A stretch of DNA of 64,000 nt. Source: a bacterium. GTDB lineage: Bacteria; Hydrothermota; UBA3073; JACQXS01; JAQTXJ01. The translations under genes were made by a program, and so were the position numbers. Of the stretch, positions 1-8,278 are shown in pieces (the first letter of the stretch is position 1; every line of letters starts with the position of its first letter). The notes under the pieces are model-generated. The model saw only the letters and a list, made by a program, of their open reading frames with translations, made no database searches and was not told where the DNA came from. Location of the stretch: positions 28,647 to 92,646 of the forward strand of contig JBAZNK010000004.1 of the NCBI GenBank assembly GCA_041649255.1, written 5' to 3'.

Positions 1-545
1 CTTAAAGTCATATCCAAACTACCACCTACACCGCCGCCTAAAGGTAAGTTAGAGGAATTTAACGTTGAATGTTTTATTTCTATTTTTGAAGAATCTATAG
101 AGATGAATCCAAACTGGTATACATATTCCTGTGGCATTATTAACGTACCACTGTCTATAGAAAATAAAGAATTTTGTATCGAATATATACAACCTTTTAC
201 ACAAAGAGAGCAACTGCGGACTATAAGCTGTCCGTTCCCAATTAACACAATATTGTTATTAATTGTAGTATCATGCGTGATTAAAAAAGATGAACTAATC
301 ACCCAGTCTCCTTTATTAAATTTGAATTCGGCTAAGTTCTTATTTTTTAATTCCATATCTTTAATAAAGGCGAAAGGACTCGTATGAATTGGCATATTTA
401 ATTTTGTTCCCGGGGCACTTAATCCCATAGCTTGTGGACCATACTGCTTAATTCCCCGACGCAGTACATCCAGTTGATTTGCATTCGTAATTCCGCCCAA
501 TAAAACAAATAAAAAGATTATAAAAATTATGGTAATATGTTTTTT
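1..545 (-). CDS. Secreted hypothetical protein, C-terminus beyond the left edge of the window. The 5' end is disrupted: with the A7 run at 540-546 read as A6 the ORF begins MKKHITIIFIIFLFVLLGGITNA, a clean signal peptide. As written, the ATG at 547-549 is out of frame.
   Basis: My manual reverse-complement translation gives one open minus-strand frame from ~545 to 1 (...QYGPQAMGLSAPGTKLNMPIHTSPFAFIKDMELKNKNLAEFKFNKGDWVISSSF...LPLGGGVGGSLDMTL). Hydrophobic N-terminus but no in-frame ATG. The plus-strand track ORF 103..387 is its antisense shadow. Confidence 0.35.
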
Positions 546-591
546 CATATTTTTTATTTTTAGTATTCAAAAAATTTCATACTTTCGCGCT

Positions 592-1998
592 TCATTCTTT
601 TTTCTTACAGCGCATTCCTTCCGGGGTATCTTCGAGGATATAACCAGAACTTTCAATCTGTTTTCTTAACGCATCCGATTTTGCCCAGTCTTTGCTCTTT
701 CTTGCGTTTTCCCTTTCAGCAATCAATGTTTTAATTTCATCCGGCAACTCTTTTTTTGTAGATTCTCTTTTTTCTTTTATTCTTATGCCTAAAACTTTAT
801 CAAAATCTAATAATGTCTCATAAACCCTGAAATGCTTACGTTTATAGGCTTCCTGAATAATTTCCAGAACTACAGCCACCGCCTGCGGAGTATTTAAATC
901 ATCATTTATTGCTTCAAGAAATTTCTCTTTATAGCCCTTAACCCAATCTTCATCACCAGTTTGGATGACGTCATCCAAACTACCCATTTGAGTAACAAAA
1001 TTATAAATATATTCTAATACCGTTTTTGCAGCCGTTAAAGCTTCATCCGTAAAACTCAATTCTGCCCTGTATTTAGCCATTAAAACAAACATTTTAAAAA
1101 CCATCGGGTCAAACCCCATATTCTTTAAATCCTGTAGTGTATAAAAATTAGCCAGGCTTTTACTCATCTTCGTATCTTTAATCTGCAAGAAATTTGCGTG
1201 AACCCAGTAATTAACGAACTTTTTCCCGGTAGCGCCTTCAGATTGGGCTATTTCATTGGTATGATGTACCGGAATATGGTCTATCCCGCCGGAATGAATA
1301 TCAAATGTTTCGCCAAGATATTTCATAGACATCGCCGAACACTCAATATGCCATCCCGGGAACCCTCTCCCCCACGGACTATCCCACTGCATAATATGAT
1401 TCGGCTGGTTTATTTTCCACAAAGCAAAATCAAACGGATTTCTTTTCTCCGGCTCAACTTCCACTCTTGCACCTGAGTTTTGACCATCAAGGTTTAGCCG
1501 CGCAAGTTTCCCGTAATCTTTGAATTTTGAAGTATCATAGTAAACGGCATTTTTAGTAACATATGCGTAACCTTTATTTACAAGTTTTTCTATCAATGCA
1601 ATCATATCGGGTATATGTTCGGTAGCTTTGCACATCAATTTGGGTTTTTTAATATTCAATTCTTCCATATCTTTAAGAAACGCCTGTGTATAGAACTCTG
1701 CAATTTCGTAAGGAGATTTTTTAGTTTTTTGGGCTTCCCTATCTATTTTATCTTCTCCTTCATCCTGGTCAGAAGCCAGATGTCCGACATCCGTAATATT
1801 CATTATATGGTTAACTTCGTAACCGTTATATTCGAGGACTCTGCGTAAAGTATCCGTAAAAATATAAGTTCTTAAATTTCCGATATGCGCATAATTATAA
1901 ACGGTCAAGCCACAGGAATAATACCCAACTTTTTTTGCAACTATAGGGATAAACTCATCCTTTTGTCTGGTTAACGTATTAAAAAGTTTTAGGCTCAT
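592..1998 (-). CDS. cysS: Cysteine--tRNA ligase (class I aaRS)
   Basis: 468 aa; HIGH-type motif (YAHIGNLRTY), KMSKS motif, Zn-binding Cys near the N-terminus, anticodon-binding C-terminal helices typical of CysRS. Confidence 0.9.
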   Translation of the reverse strand: MSLKLFNTLTRQKDEFIPIVAKKVGYYSCGLTVYNYAHIGNLRTYIFTDTLRRVLEYNGYEVNHIMNITDVGHLASDQDEGEDKIDREAQKTKKSPYEIAEFYTQAFLKDMEELNIKKPKLMCKATEHIPDMIALIEKLVNKGYAYVTKNAVYYDTSKFKDYGKLARLNLDGQNSGARVEVEPEKRNPFDFALWKINQPNHIMQWDSPWGRGFPGWHIECSAMSMKYLGETFDIHSGGIDHIPVHHTNEIAQSEGATGKKFVNYWVHANFLQIKDTKMSKSLANFYTLQDLKNMGFDPMVFKMFVLMAKYRAELSFTDEALTAAKTVLEYIYNFVTQMGSLDDVIQTGDEDWVKGYKEKFLEAINDDLNTPQAVAVVLEIIQEAYKRKHFRVYETLLDFDKVLGIRIKEKRESTKKELPDEIKTLIAERENARKSKDWAKSDALRKQIESSGYILEDTPEGMRCKKKE

Positions 1999-2033
1999 TC
2001 TGGAATATATCGTCCTGCTATTGTTTCAAGTGT

Positions 2034-3245
2034 TTACTTATTTTCCGTCTGATATTTTTTAATACCTTCGCGTAGAATTCTCATTGCATCACGCAGTTCT
2101 TTTTCTTTCAAAACGTACGCAATTCGTGCCTCATTTCTACCCCTGCCAGGCGTAACGTAGAACCCTTCACCCGGGGCAATCATAGTAGTTTTTCCATCCA
2201 CGCTAAAATCCGTCAGCATCCACTGGGTAAACTTTTCCGCATCTTCTACCGGCAACCTGCAAGTCATATAAAATGCGCCTTCCGGCAAAGTAGCGAACGC
2301 GCCCGGAATTTTCTGTATTTCTTCATAAACGACATTTCGACGCAATTCATATTCTTTCATCATTTCCGGTATAATATCATCCATTCTTCCGTATAATTCA
2401 ACCATACCAACCTGTTCAATCGTCGGGGGACAAAGTCTCGACATACTGCATCTCATAATTCCTTTTAAGATATTTTCATTCGTAGAAACTACGCAACCAA
2501 TTCTTGCTCCGCAAGCGCTAAAACGCTTTGAAACGGAATCAATCACGATTTTATATTCATCCTCGCCCGGCAAATTAAATACGCTTGTATGTTTCCTGCC
2601 ATCGAATAAAAATTCCCGGTAAACTTCATCGGATATCAGGTAAATATTATGTTTTTCCGCTATTCTAGCAACACGCATCATTTCATCTTTTGAATATATC
2701 GTTCCTGTAGGATTATTCGGCGTACATATTATAATTCCTTTTGTTTTTGGAGTTATCAGTTTTTCAATTTCTTCTTCTTCCGGCAAATGGAAACCCTCTT
2801 CTACTTTCGTAAGTATAGGAACCAATTTCACTTCTGCTATTGCCGCAAGGGATATGTAATTTGCATAACAAGGGTCAGGGATGAGAAACTCATCTCCTTT
2901 ATCTGCAAGAATTATATAAACAAACAATATTGCTTCAGAGCCACCTGTAGTTATAGAAACATTAGCTGTCGTTATATTTTTTGCTCCGAATGAATTATAG
3001 TAAGTTGCAATTGCTTTTCTTAATGCCAATAACCCATTAGACGGTCCATAAGCAAGGACTTTTTCTCCATATCCCTGTATAGCTCTCCAGAAATACGAGG
3101 GAGTTTGAATATCGGGCTGTCCGATATTCAAATGATAAACTTCTATACCCCTTGATTTTGCCTCGTCTGCACAAGGAATGAGTTTCCTTATAGGAGAAGC
3201 AGGTATAACACTTCCTCTATTAGAGATTAATAAGTTTTTGTTCAT
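2034..3245 (-). CDS. PLP-dependent aminotransferase, class I/II (aspartate/aromatic aminotransferase-like)
   Basis: 403 aa; SVSKRFSACGARIG PLP-lysine motif, NPTG motif, typical fold-type I layout. Confidence 0.85.
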   Translation of the reverse strand: MNKNLLISNRGSVIPASPIRKLIPCADEAKSRGIEVYHLNIGQPDIQTPSYFWRAIQGYGEKVLAYGPSNGLLALRKAIATYYNSFGAKNITTANVSITTGGSEAILFVYIILADKGDEFLIPDPCYANYISLAAIAEVKLVPILTKVEEGFHLPEEEEIEKLITPKTKGIIICTPNNPTGTIYSKDEMMRVARIAEKHNIYLISDEVYREFLFDGRKHTSVFNLPGEDEYKIVIDSVSKRFSACGARIGCVVSTNENILKGIMRCSMSRLCPPTIEQVGMVELYGRMDDIIPEMMKEYELRRNVVYEEIQKIPGAFATLPEGAFYMTCRLPVEDAEKFTQWMLTDFSVDGKTTMIAPGEGFYVTPGRGRNEARIAYVLKEKELRDAMRILREGIKKYQTENK

Positions 3246-4257
3246 TTGCGCACCTTATTTCACATTGTTTATCGTTTATAACTTTAAATTCTATCGGTAA
3301 ATTAATATTGTCCTCTATTACGGTTTCACCTATTTTAGCAGGGGTAAATACCCAATTTTTAACTAAAGCCTTTACATGAGGTTGGTCATATGTTATATCC
3401 GAAGGTAAAAACTTTACATCTTCCACTTCTCCTTTTTTATTTATATGAAGTCTTAGATTTATTCTCCCTTCCGAGCCTTTTAAGCTTGATTCCGAAGCAG
3501 GATAATCGGGCAATGTTATACTTTTAATTGTCGGCGCAGTATATATAGCGCATACGGGGTCGCCCTTACATATAATCTGTAATTCGGCATAATTTTTAGG
3601 TTCAATTCTTATACTTCTGATTTTATCTCCAACCCGGATTCCTTTTACTTCATCCATTCCTCTGATTATCTGTCCAAAAACGGTATATCTATTCCCGGTA
3701 GCATCCAATGACGGTATCGCCTGCAAGCAAACATAAAATTGTGATGAGGCGGAATTCGGGTCTTCTGCCCTTGCCATAGCTACCGTTCCCAAAATATGCC
3801 GTCTTGAATTAAATTCGGCTTTAATATTATACCCTGCGCCACCCGTACCATTTCCTGCGGGATCTCCACCTTGCACTAAAAATCCCGGTTCAACACGATG
3901 AAACGTTAACCCATCATAAAAATTAAGGTTTGCAAGCATAATAAAATTCTTTACGGTATTCGGAGCATCTTCAGGAAAAAATTTCATATAAATCTTATCG
4001 CCGTTTCCCATAGTAATAGTGGCTATTTCCGAACCATCTACTTTTAGAGTATCAAGTATTGATTTTTTAAGTTTTTGTGTTATTTGCACTCTCTTAGCGG
4101 GAGCTTCCTCTGTTGTACCATCAATATTAATTGTTTTTTCGACTACTTTCTTTTCGATTGGAGAAGAAGGTTCAATAACTATTTTATCTTCACCGACTAA
4201 ACTTCCAACTAATCCTATTAGCAAAACGACACAGGATATTCCCACAAATCTTTTCAT
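3220..4257 (-). CDS. Cyclophilin-type peptidyl-prolyl cis-trans isomerase with N-terminal signal/anchor and a C-terminal TonB_C-like domain
   Basis: 345 aa; cyclophilin core (FHRVEPGFLVQGGDP...GNGTGG...FGQII); hydrophobic N-terminus; C-terminal ~80 aa resemble the TonB C-terminal fold (RINLRLHINKKGEVEDVKFL...). Overlaps the aminotransferase stop by 26 nt. Confidence 0.65.
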   Translation of the reverse strand: MKRFVGISCVVLLIGLVGSLVGEDKIVIEPSSPIEKKVVEKTINIDGTTEEAPAKRVQITQKLKKSILDTLKVDGSEIATITMGNGDKIYMKFFPEDAPNTVKNFIMLANLNFYDGLTFHRVEPGFLVQGGDPAGNGTGGAGYNIKAEFNSRRHILGTVAMARAEDPNSASSQFYVCLQAIPSLDATGNRYTVFGQIIRGMDEVKGIRVGDKIRSIRIEPKNYAELQIICKGDPVCAIYTAPTIKSITLPDYPASESSLKGSEGRINLRLHINKKGEVEDVKFLPSDITYDQPHVKALVKNWVFTPAKIGETVIEDNINLPIEFKVINDKQCEIRCANEQKLINL

Positions 4258-4267
4258 TTATTCCCCC

Positions 4268-4744
4268 TTATTTCACTTCGTATTCTTTCAATCTGTCATA
4301 AAGCGAGTAATAAAACTTGTCCGCAAGTTCAGTATCATCTTCCGTATCTTTCCATGCTTTATACTCAAGATGATAACTCGTTTTAGTAGTATCAGGAACT
4401 TTTTCCATTGTTTTCGACTCTTTCTGGCGTGGACACCGAATCGCTACACGATAAAGACTGTCCCCTAAAACTTCTACGATAACTCTAACTCTTTGTTGTA
4501 TATTTACAGGTTTATAATCGGCTTCTATATGTCCTTCCGTCTCTTTCGTAATGGAAAACTGTTCCGCAACTATCGAATAAACGGCATTCCTAACCTCTTT
4601 ATAAGCACATCTGTAACGAGCCGCTCTTACTTTGTAAACGCTATTATCGTAAGTTTTCTTATGAGTTCCTTCCTGTGATAATTTAGAAGAACATCCTAAA
4701 AAAGAAACTATTATACCTACAACTAACAAAACACTTCTTCCCAT
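4268..4744 (-). CDS. Hypothetical lipoprotein
   Basis: 158 aa; signal peptide with lipobox (VSFLGC|SS); no recognisable catalytic motif. Confidence 0.5.
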   Translation of the reverse strand: MGRSVLLVVGIIVSFLGCSSKLSQEGTHKKTYDNSVYKVRAARYRCAYKEVRNAVYSIVAEQFSITKETEGHIEADYKPVNIQQRVRVIVEVLGDSLYRVAIRCPRQKESKTMEKVPDTTKTSYHLEYKAWKDTEDDTELADKFYYSLYDRLKEYEVK

Positions 4745-4783
4745 ATTTCTCCTTAAAACATTATTTACTACGCGATATTTTAC

Positions 4784-5839
4784 TTACGGTATAAAATTCG
4801 TTTTCTCGTCTATCCGCATTATAAACCCGGTCAATAATTTAACTATGTTTTCGATATCATTAAGAGATACGAGTTCTACCGGGCTGTGCATATACCTATT
4901 TGGTATGGAAACAAGTCCCGCTGCCACACCTTCTTTTGTCAATTGAATTGCGTTGGCATCCGTTCCCGTACCTCTTGGTGCTGCATCTATCTGGTATGGT
5001 ATTTTTTCTTTCTTAGCAACATCAACGAGTATTTCAAAAACTTTATGATTTATGTTGGGACCTCTAGATATAACTGGCCCTTTACCGATTTTTATATCCC
5101 CATTTTTTTCTTCCGTTCCGGGATAATCAGAAGCAAATGTAACATCTATTGCTATGCCGACATCCGGTGATACACGGAAAGCAGAAGTCGTTGCTCCTCT
5201 TAAACCAATCTCTTCCTGAACAGTTGCAACTCCAAAAACGCTTGATTTTATTTTCTTTTTTGAAAGATTTCTTAAAACCTCTGATACGATAAATGCTCCA
5301 CCTTTATCGTCAAATCCTCTTGCGACAACTCTATCTTTATTCAACACTTCGAATTCCACCGCCGGAACCGCAGGGTCACCGATACTAACCAATTTTTCTG
5401 CTTCCGCTTTTGTTTTTACTCCTATATCTATAAATAAATCTCCGATATCGGCTATTTTCTTTCTTTGTTCTTCTTTTAATAAATGAATGGGTGGTCTTCC
5501 GATTACGCCAAGTATTTTACCTTTGCTTGTATTAATCCATACTCTTTCACCAGGTAACAAATGAAGGTCAAATCCACCTATTAAAGAGAAATATATGAAT
5601 CCATCTTTGTTTATATATTTTACCATATATCCGATTTCATCCATATGCCCGGCAAGCATTATTCTTGGTTTTCCAGTCTTATTTAATACTCCCATCGCAT
5701 TTCCGTGAACATCCGTAAATACTTCATCCGTAAATTTTTTAGTTCTGTCTTTCCATATTTTCCGAGCTTCCCCTTCAAAACCTGAAGGGCTGACCGAATT
5801 TATAAAACTCCTTAAAAAATCTAAACTCTCTTTTTCCAT
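4784..5839 (-). CDS. M42 family metallopeptidase (glutamyl aminopeptidase / FrvX-like)
   Basis: 351 aa; M42 hallmarks (HMDEIG metal-binding motif, GG...D.G...E layout) and typical length. Confidence 0.8.
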   Translation of the reverse strand: MEKESLDFLRSFINSVSPSGFEGEARKIWKDRTKKFTDEVFTDVHGNAMGVLNKTGKPRIMLAGHMDEIGYMVKYINKDGFIYFSLIGGFDLHLLPGERVWINTSKGKILGVIGRPPIHLLKEEQRKKIADIGDLFIDIGVKTKAEAEKLVSIGDPAVPAVEFEVLNKDRVVARGFDDKGGAFIVSEVLRNLSKKKIKSSVFGVATVQEEIGLRGATTSAFRVSPDVGIAIDVTFASDYPGTEEKNGDIKIGKGPVISRGPNINHKVFEILVDVAKKEKIPYQIDAAPRGTGTDANAIQLTKEGVAAGLVSIPNRYMHSPVELVSLNDIENIVKLLTGFIMRIDEKTNFIP

Positions 5840-5916
5840 TTTTCCCCCTTTAAATTATTTAAGTCTATTTTTTACACAAATAATCTTACTGTCAACTAAT
5901 TTATAAAAAAATTGTA

Positions 5917-6258
5917 TTATATTTCATCTTCTTCTACTGCTCCTACTACTGAATCAACTTTCAATGTAATTATTTTCCCTACTCCTTTTTTCTCAAAGTC
6001 CAATCCAACTGCTCTTAAAATTCCCGTTATTTCTTTTGCAACATCAGGAATATCCGTTAATGCATAAATCGTTTTTGAACCCGGTTTATCTTTTGCTCCC
6101 ATTTTAAACATTGCAAATATTGGAACTTCCTGAGCAAGAACATCCTTCATCTGCTTTATGTCCCCTACAAAAGCAGACTCAACTCCGACTTCTACAAGAC
6201 ACGAAAGCAAATCGTCAAGCCACTGTTCTTTGTGTAAAATTATAATCAATAACCACAT
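5917..6258 (-). CDS. Small hypothetical protein, possibly PII-like/alpha-beta fold
   Basis: 113 aa ORF, acidic C-terminus; no motif I can name with confidence. Confidence 0.35.
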   Translation of the reverse strand: MWLLIIILHKEQWLDDLLSCLVEVGVESAFVGDIKQMKDVLAQEVPIFAMFKMGAKDKPGSKTIYALTDIPDVAKEITGILRAVGLDFEKKGVGKIITLKVDSVVGAVEEDEI

Positions 6259-6260
6259 CT

Positions 6261-6776
6261 CTATTTGTTGTTATAAACTACTTTTCCCCCTTGAGTCTGC
6301 ACTTCCAGACTTTCCGGTAATATGTTATCAAATTCTTTTATCACATCCATAATCTTTTCCGGGCTGCTTGCTTTTATTAATGCCTGCCGAATAGTATTTG
6401 ATTTTAACAACCTTGATATTTTCGCTACAGCTTGTAAATATGTTTTACCGATATCTTCCGGTGCCGCAATCATAAAAATTATATGCACGGGATTGTTGTC
6501 CAACGAGTTGTAAGATATCCCTTCCGGAGATATCCCAATTGCAACTTTTAATACTTTCACACCAGTGGTTCTTGCATGAGGAATGGCTATACCATCGCCA
6601 ATACCGGTTGTTTCTAATTGTTCCCGGGTTTCAATGGCTTTAATAAAATCTTCTGGATTCGTTAAAAAACCAGTTTTTACAAACGTATCCGTGAGTTCTT
6701 TTATTGCTTTAGATTTGTCTTTTTGTTGTAATTTACAATTTATGAATTCAATGCCCGTTAATTCCTGTAATAACAT
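6261..6776 (-). CDS. ptsN: PTS EIIA type-2 domain protein (PtsN / EIIA-Ntr-like)
   Basis: 171 aa; EIIA-2 motif around the phospho-His (GIAIPHART), typical length. Consistent with an RpoN-containing organism. Confidence 0.7.
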   Translation of the reverse strand: MLLQELTGIEFINCKLQQKDKSKAIKELTDTFVKTGFLTNPEDFIKAIETREQLETTGIGDGIAIPHARTTGVKVLKVAIGISPEGISYNSLDNNPVHIIFMIAAPEDIGKTYLQAVAKISRLLKSNTIRQALIKASSPEKIMDVIKEFDNILPESLEVQTQGGKVVYNNK

Positions 6777-6837
6777 AACATCCTCCCCGTTTCTCTAATT
6801 AAAATTAAATAAAGAGGAACTTTTTATGTAGTAGACG

Positions 6838-7512
6838 CTATTTTCGTCGAGCAGAAGAAGATTGTGGAGCTTTTGCAACGTCCTGCTTTGGCGGAATTAT
6901 TTTATTCTTTCGAGGAATTACAAGGACATAAGAATTTTTAGCTCCGGGTATTGCCCCACGAATAAAAAGTAAATTTTTAGGCTCATCAATTTTCACAAGT
7001 TTCAGATTGGCAGTAGTCTGATTCTCATTACCCATTCTTCCCGGTAATGGATGCCCTTTTACTGTCTCCCCCGGTTCTGCTGTTCCTACTGACCCAGGTC
7101 TACGATGAAACTTAGAACCATGACCATCAGGTCCACCCTTCCATCCATATCGTTTCATCCCACCCGCAAAACCTTTTCCGATTGAACAGCCTTCAACGTT
7201 CACCCTTTGAGTGCCCGAAAAAACCGTTACGCCAAGCTGACTACCTATTACCCAATCTTCAGGTGCATTCCTAACTTCATAAAGAACTTGCGTCGGTTTA
7301 ATATTAAGAGCTTTAAACTCTCCTGCATAAGGTTTATTAGGATGTTTCTTTTCTCCATACCCTAATACACACGCATTATAGCCTTCTTTCTGAGCTGTCT
7401 TGCGATAAATCACCGTATTGGGCTTCATTTCAACAACGCTTACGGGAACAACAGTACCATCTTCTTCAAAAATTTGAGTCATTCCGACTTTCTTTCCCAT
7501 TATTCTGACCAT
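6838..7512 (-). CDS. rplC: 50S ribosomal protein L3 (isolated copy, not in an S10 operon context)
   Basis: 224 aa; MGKKVGMTQIF..., GKGFAGGMKRYGW, basic C-terminal extension. The true start is possibly the internal Met (MGKK) at 7500. Confidence 0.88.
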   Translation of the reverse strand: MVRIMGKKVGMTQIFEEDGTVVPVSVVEMKPNTVIYRKTAQKEGYNACVLGYGEKKHPNKPYAGEFKALNIKPTQVLYEVRNAPEDWVIGSQLGVTVFSGTQRVNVEGCSIGKGFAGGMKRYGWKGGPDGHGSKFHRRPGSVGTAEPGETVKGHPLPGRMGNENQTTANLKLVKIDEPKNLLFIRGAIPGAKNSYVLVIPRKNKIIPPKQDVAKAPQSSSARRK

Positions 7513-7680
7513 ATTGTCGTTTAATATCTTATACTTACTATTTTGTCAACAAGAATTTCAACTATTATTAAATATCCTTGAATAAAGTTCTATTATTGTC
7601 ATAATTTGTATAAGGGGATGCTACAAAATATATCAAAGATCTATATAGAATAGATTCGATTTTTCAATACCTTATTTATG

Positions 7681-7875
7681 TTATGCATCCAGAGGAAACA
7701 TCTTTTTCATACTATCAGCAAGTCTTTCTTTCCTTGCAATATCCTCTTCTGATGGGACTTGTTTAACCACTTCATGAGTCTTTGGATCCTTAATCTTATA
7801 AACCGGAATTTCTCTCCCATTTGAATGGATTCCTGGAACTACCACATAAAAAGTAGGAGAAGTGTTTATTTCCAT
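7681..7875 (-). CDS. Small conserved hypothetical protein (64 aa), tandem paralog 1 downstream of fliD
   Basis: Starts MEINTSPTFYVVVPG...; preceded by GGAGGGG RBS. ~70% identical to the 8035..8229 ORF. Confidence 0.5.
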   Translation of the reverse strand: MEINTSPTFYVVVPGIHSNGREIPVYKIKDPKTHEVVKQVPSEEDIARKERLADSMKKMFPLDA

Positions 7876-8034
7876 TTCTATCCCCTCCAAGTTATAAACT
7901 CTTTTGACCTAAATTCTACCCTGACAGAACTACTTCTCTTCATTATTTAATTATTCCTGCTTTATATATATAATAAACTAAAAAATTATCTACATATCTA
8001 TAATTCCAAATATTATAACACTTTATTATATATA

Positions 8035-8229
8035 TTAAGCATCCACGGGAAACATCTTTGTCATGCTATTCGCAAGTCTTTCTTTCCTTGCAATATCCTC
8101 TTCCGATGGAATTTGTTTAACTATTTCACCGGTTTTAGAGTCTTGAATCCTATAAACTGGAATTTCTCTCCCATTTGAATGCATACCCGGAGACACTATA
8201 TAAAAAGTGGGGGACGTATTTATTTCCAT
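8035..8229 (-). CDS. Small conserved hypothetical protein (64 aa), tandem paralog 2 downstream of fliD
   Basis: MEINTSPTFYIVSPGMHSNGREIPVYRIQD...; GGAGGAG RBS 8 nt upstream; paralog of 7681..7875. Confidence 0.5.
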   Translation of the reverse strand: MEINTSPTFYIVSPGMHSNGREIPVYRIQDSKTGEIVKQIPSEEDIARKERLANSMTKMFPVDA

Positions 8230-8278
8230 TTTCTCTCCTCCTTCATTACAAGAAGTTCCTTGGGCTTTAGCCCTTAGA

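Noticed and set aside
103-387. Plus-strand 94-aa track ORF
   Set aside because: Low-complexity sequence lying antisense to a much longer open minus-strand frame that encodes the secreted protein; judged a shadow ORF.
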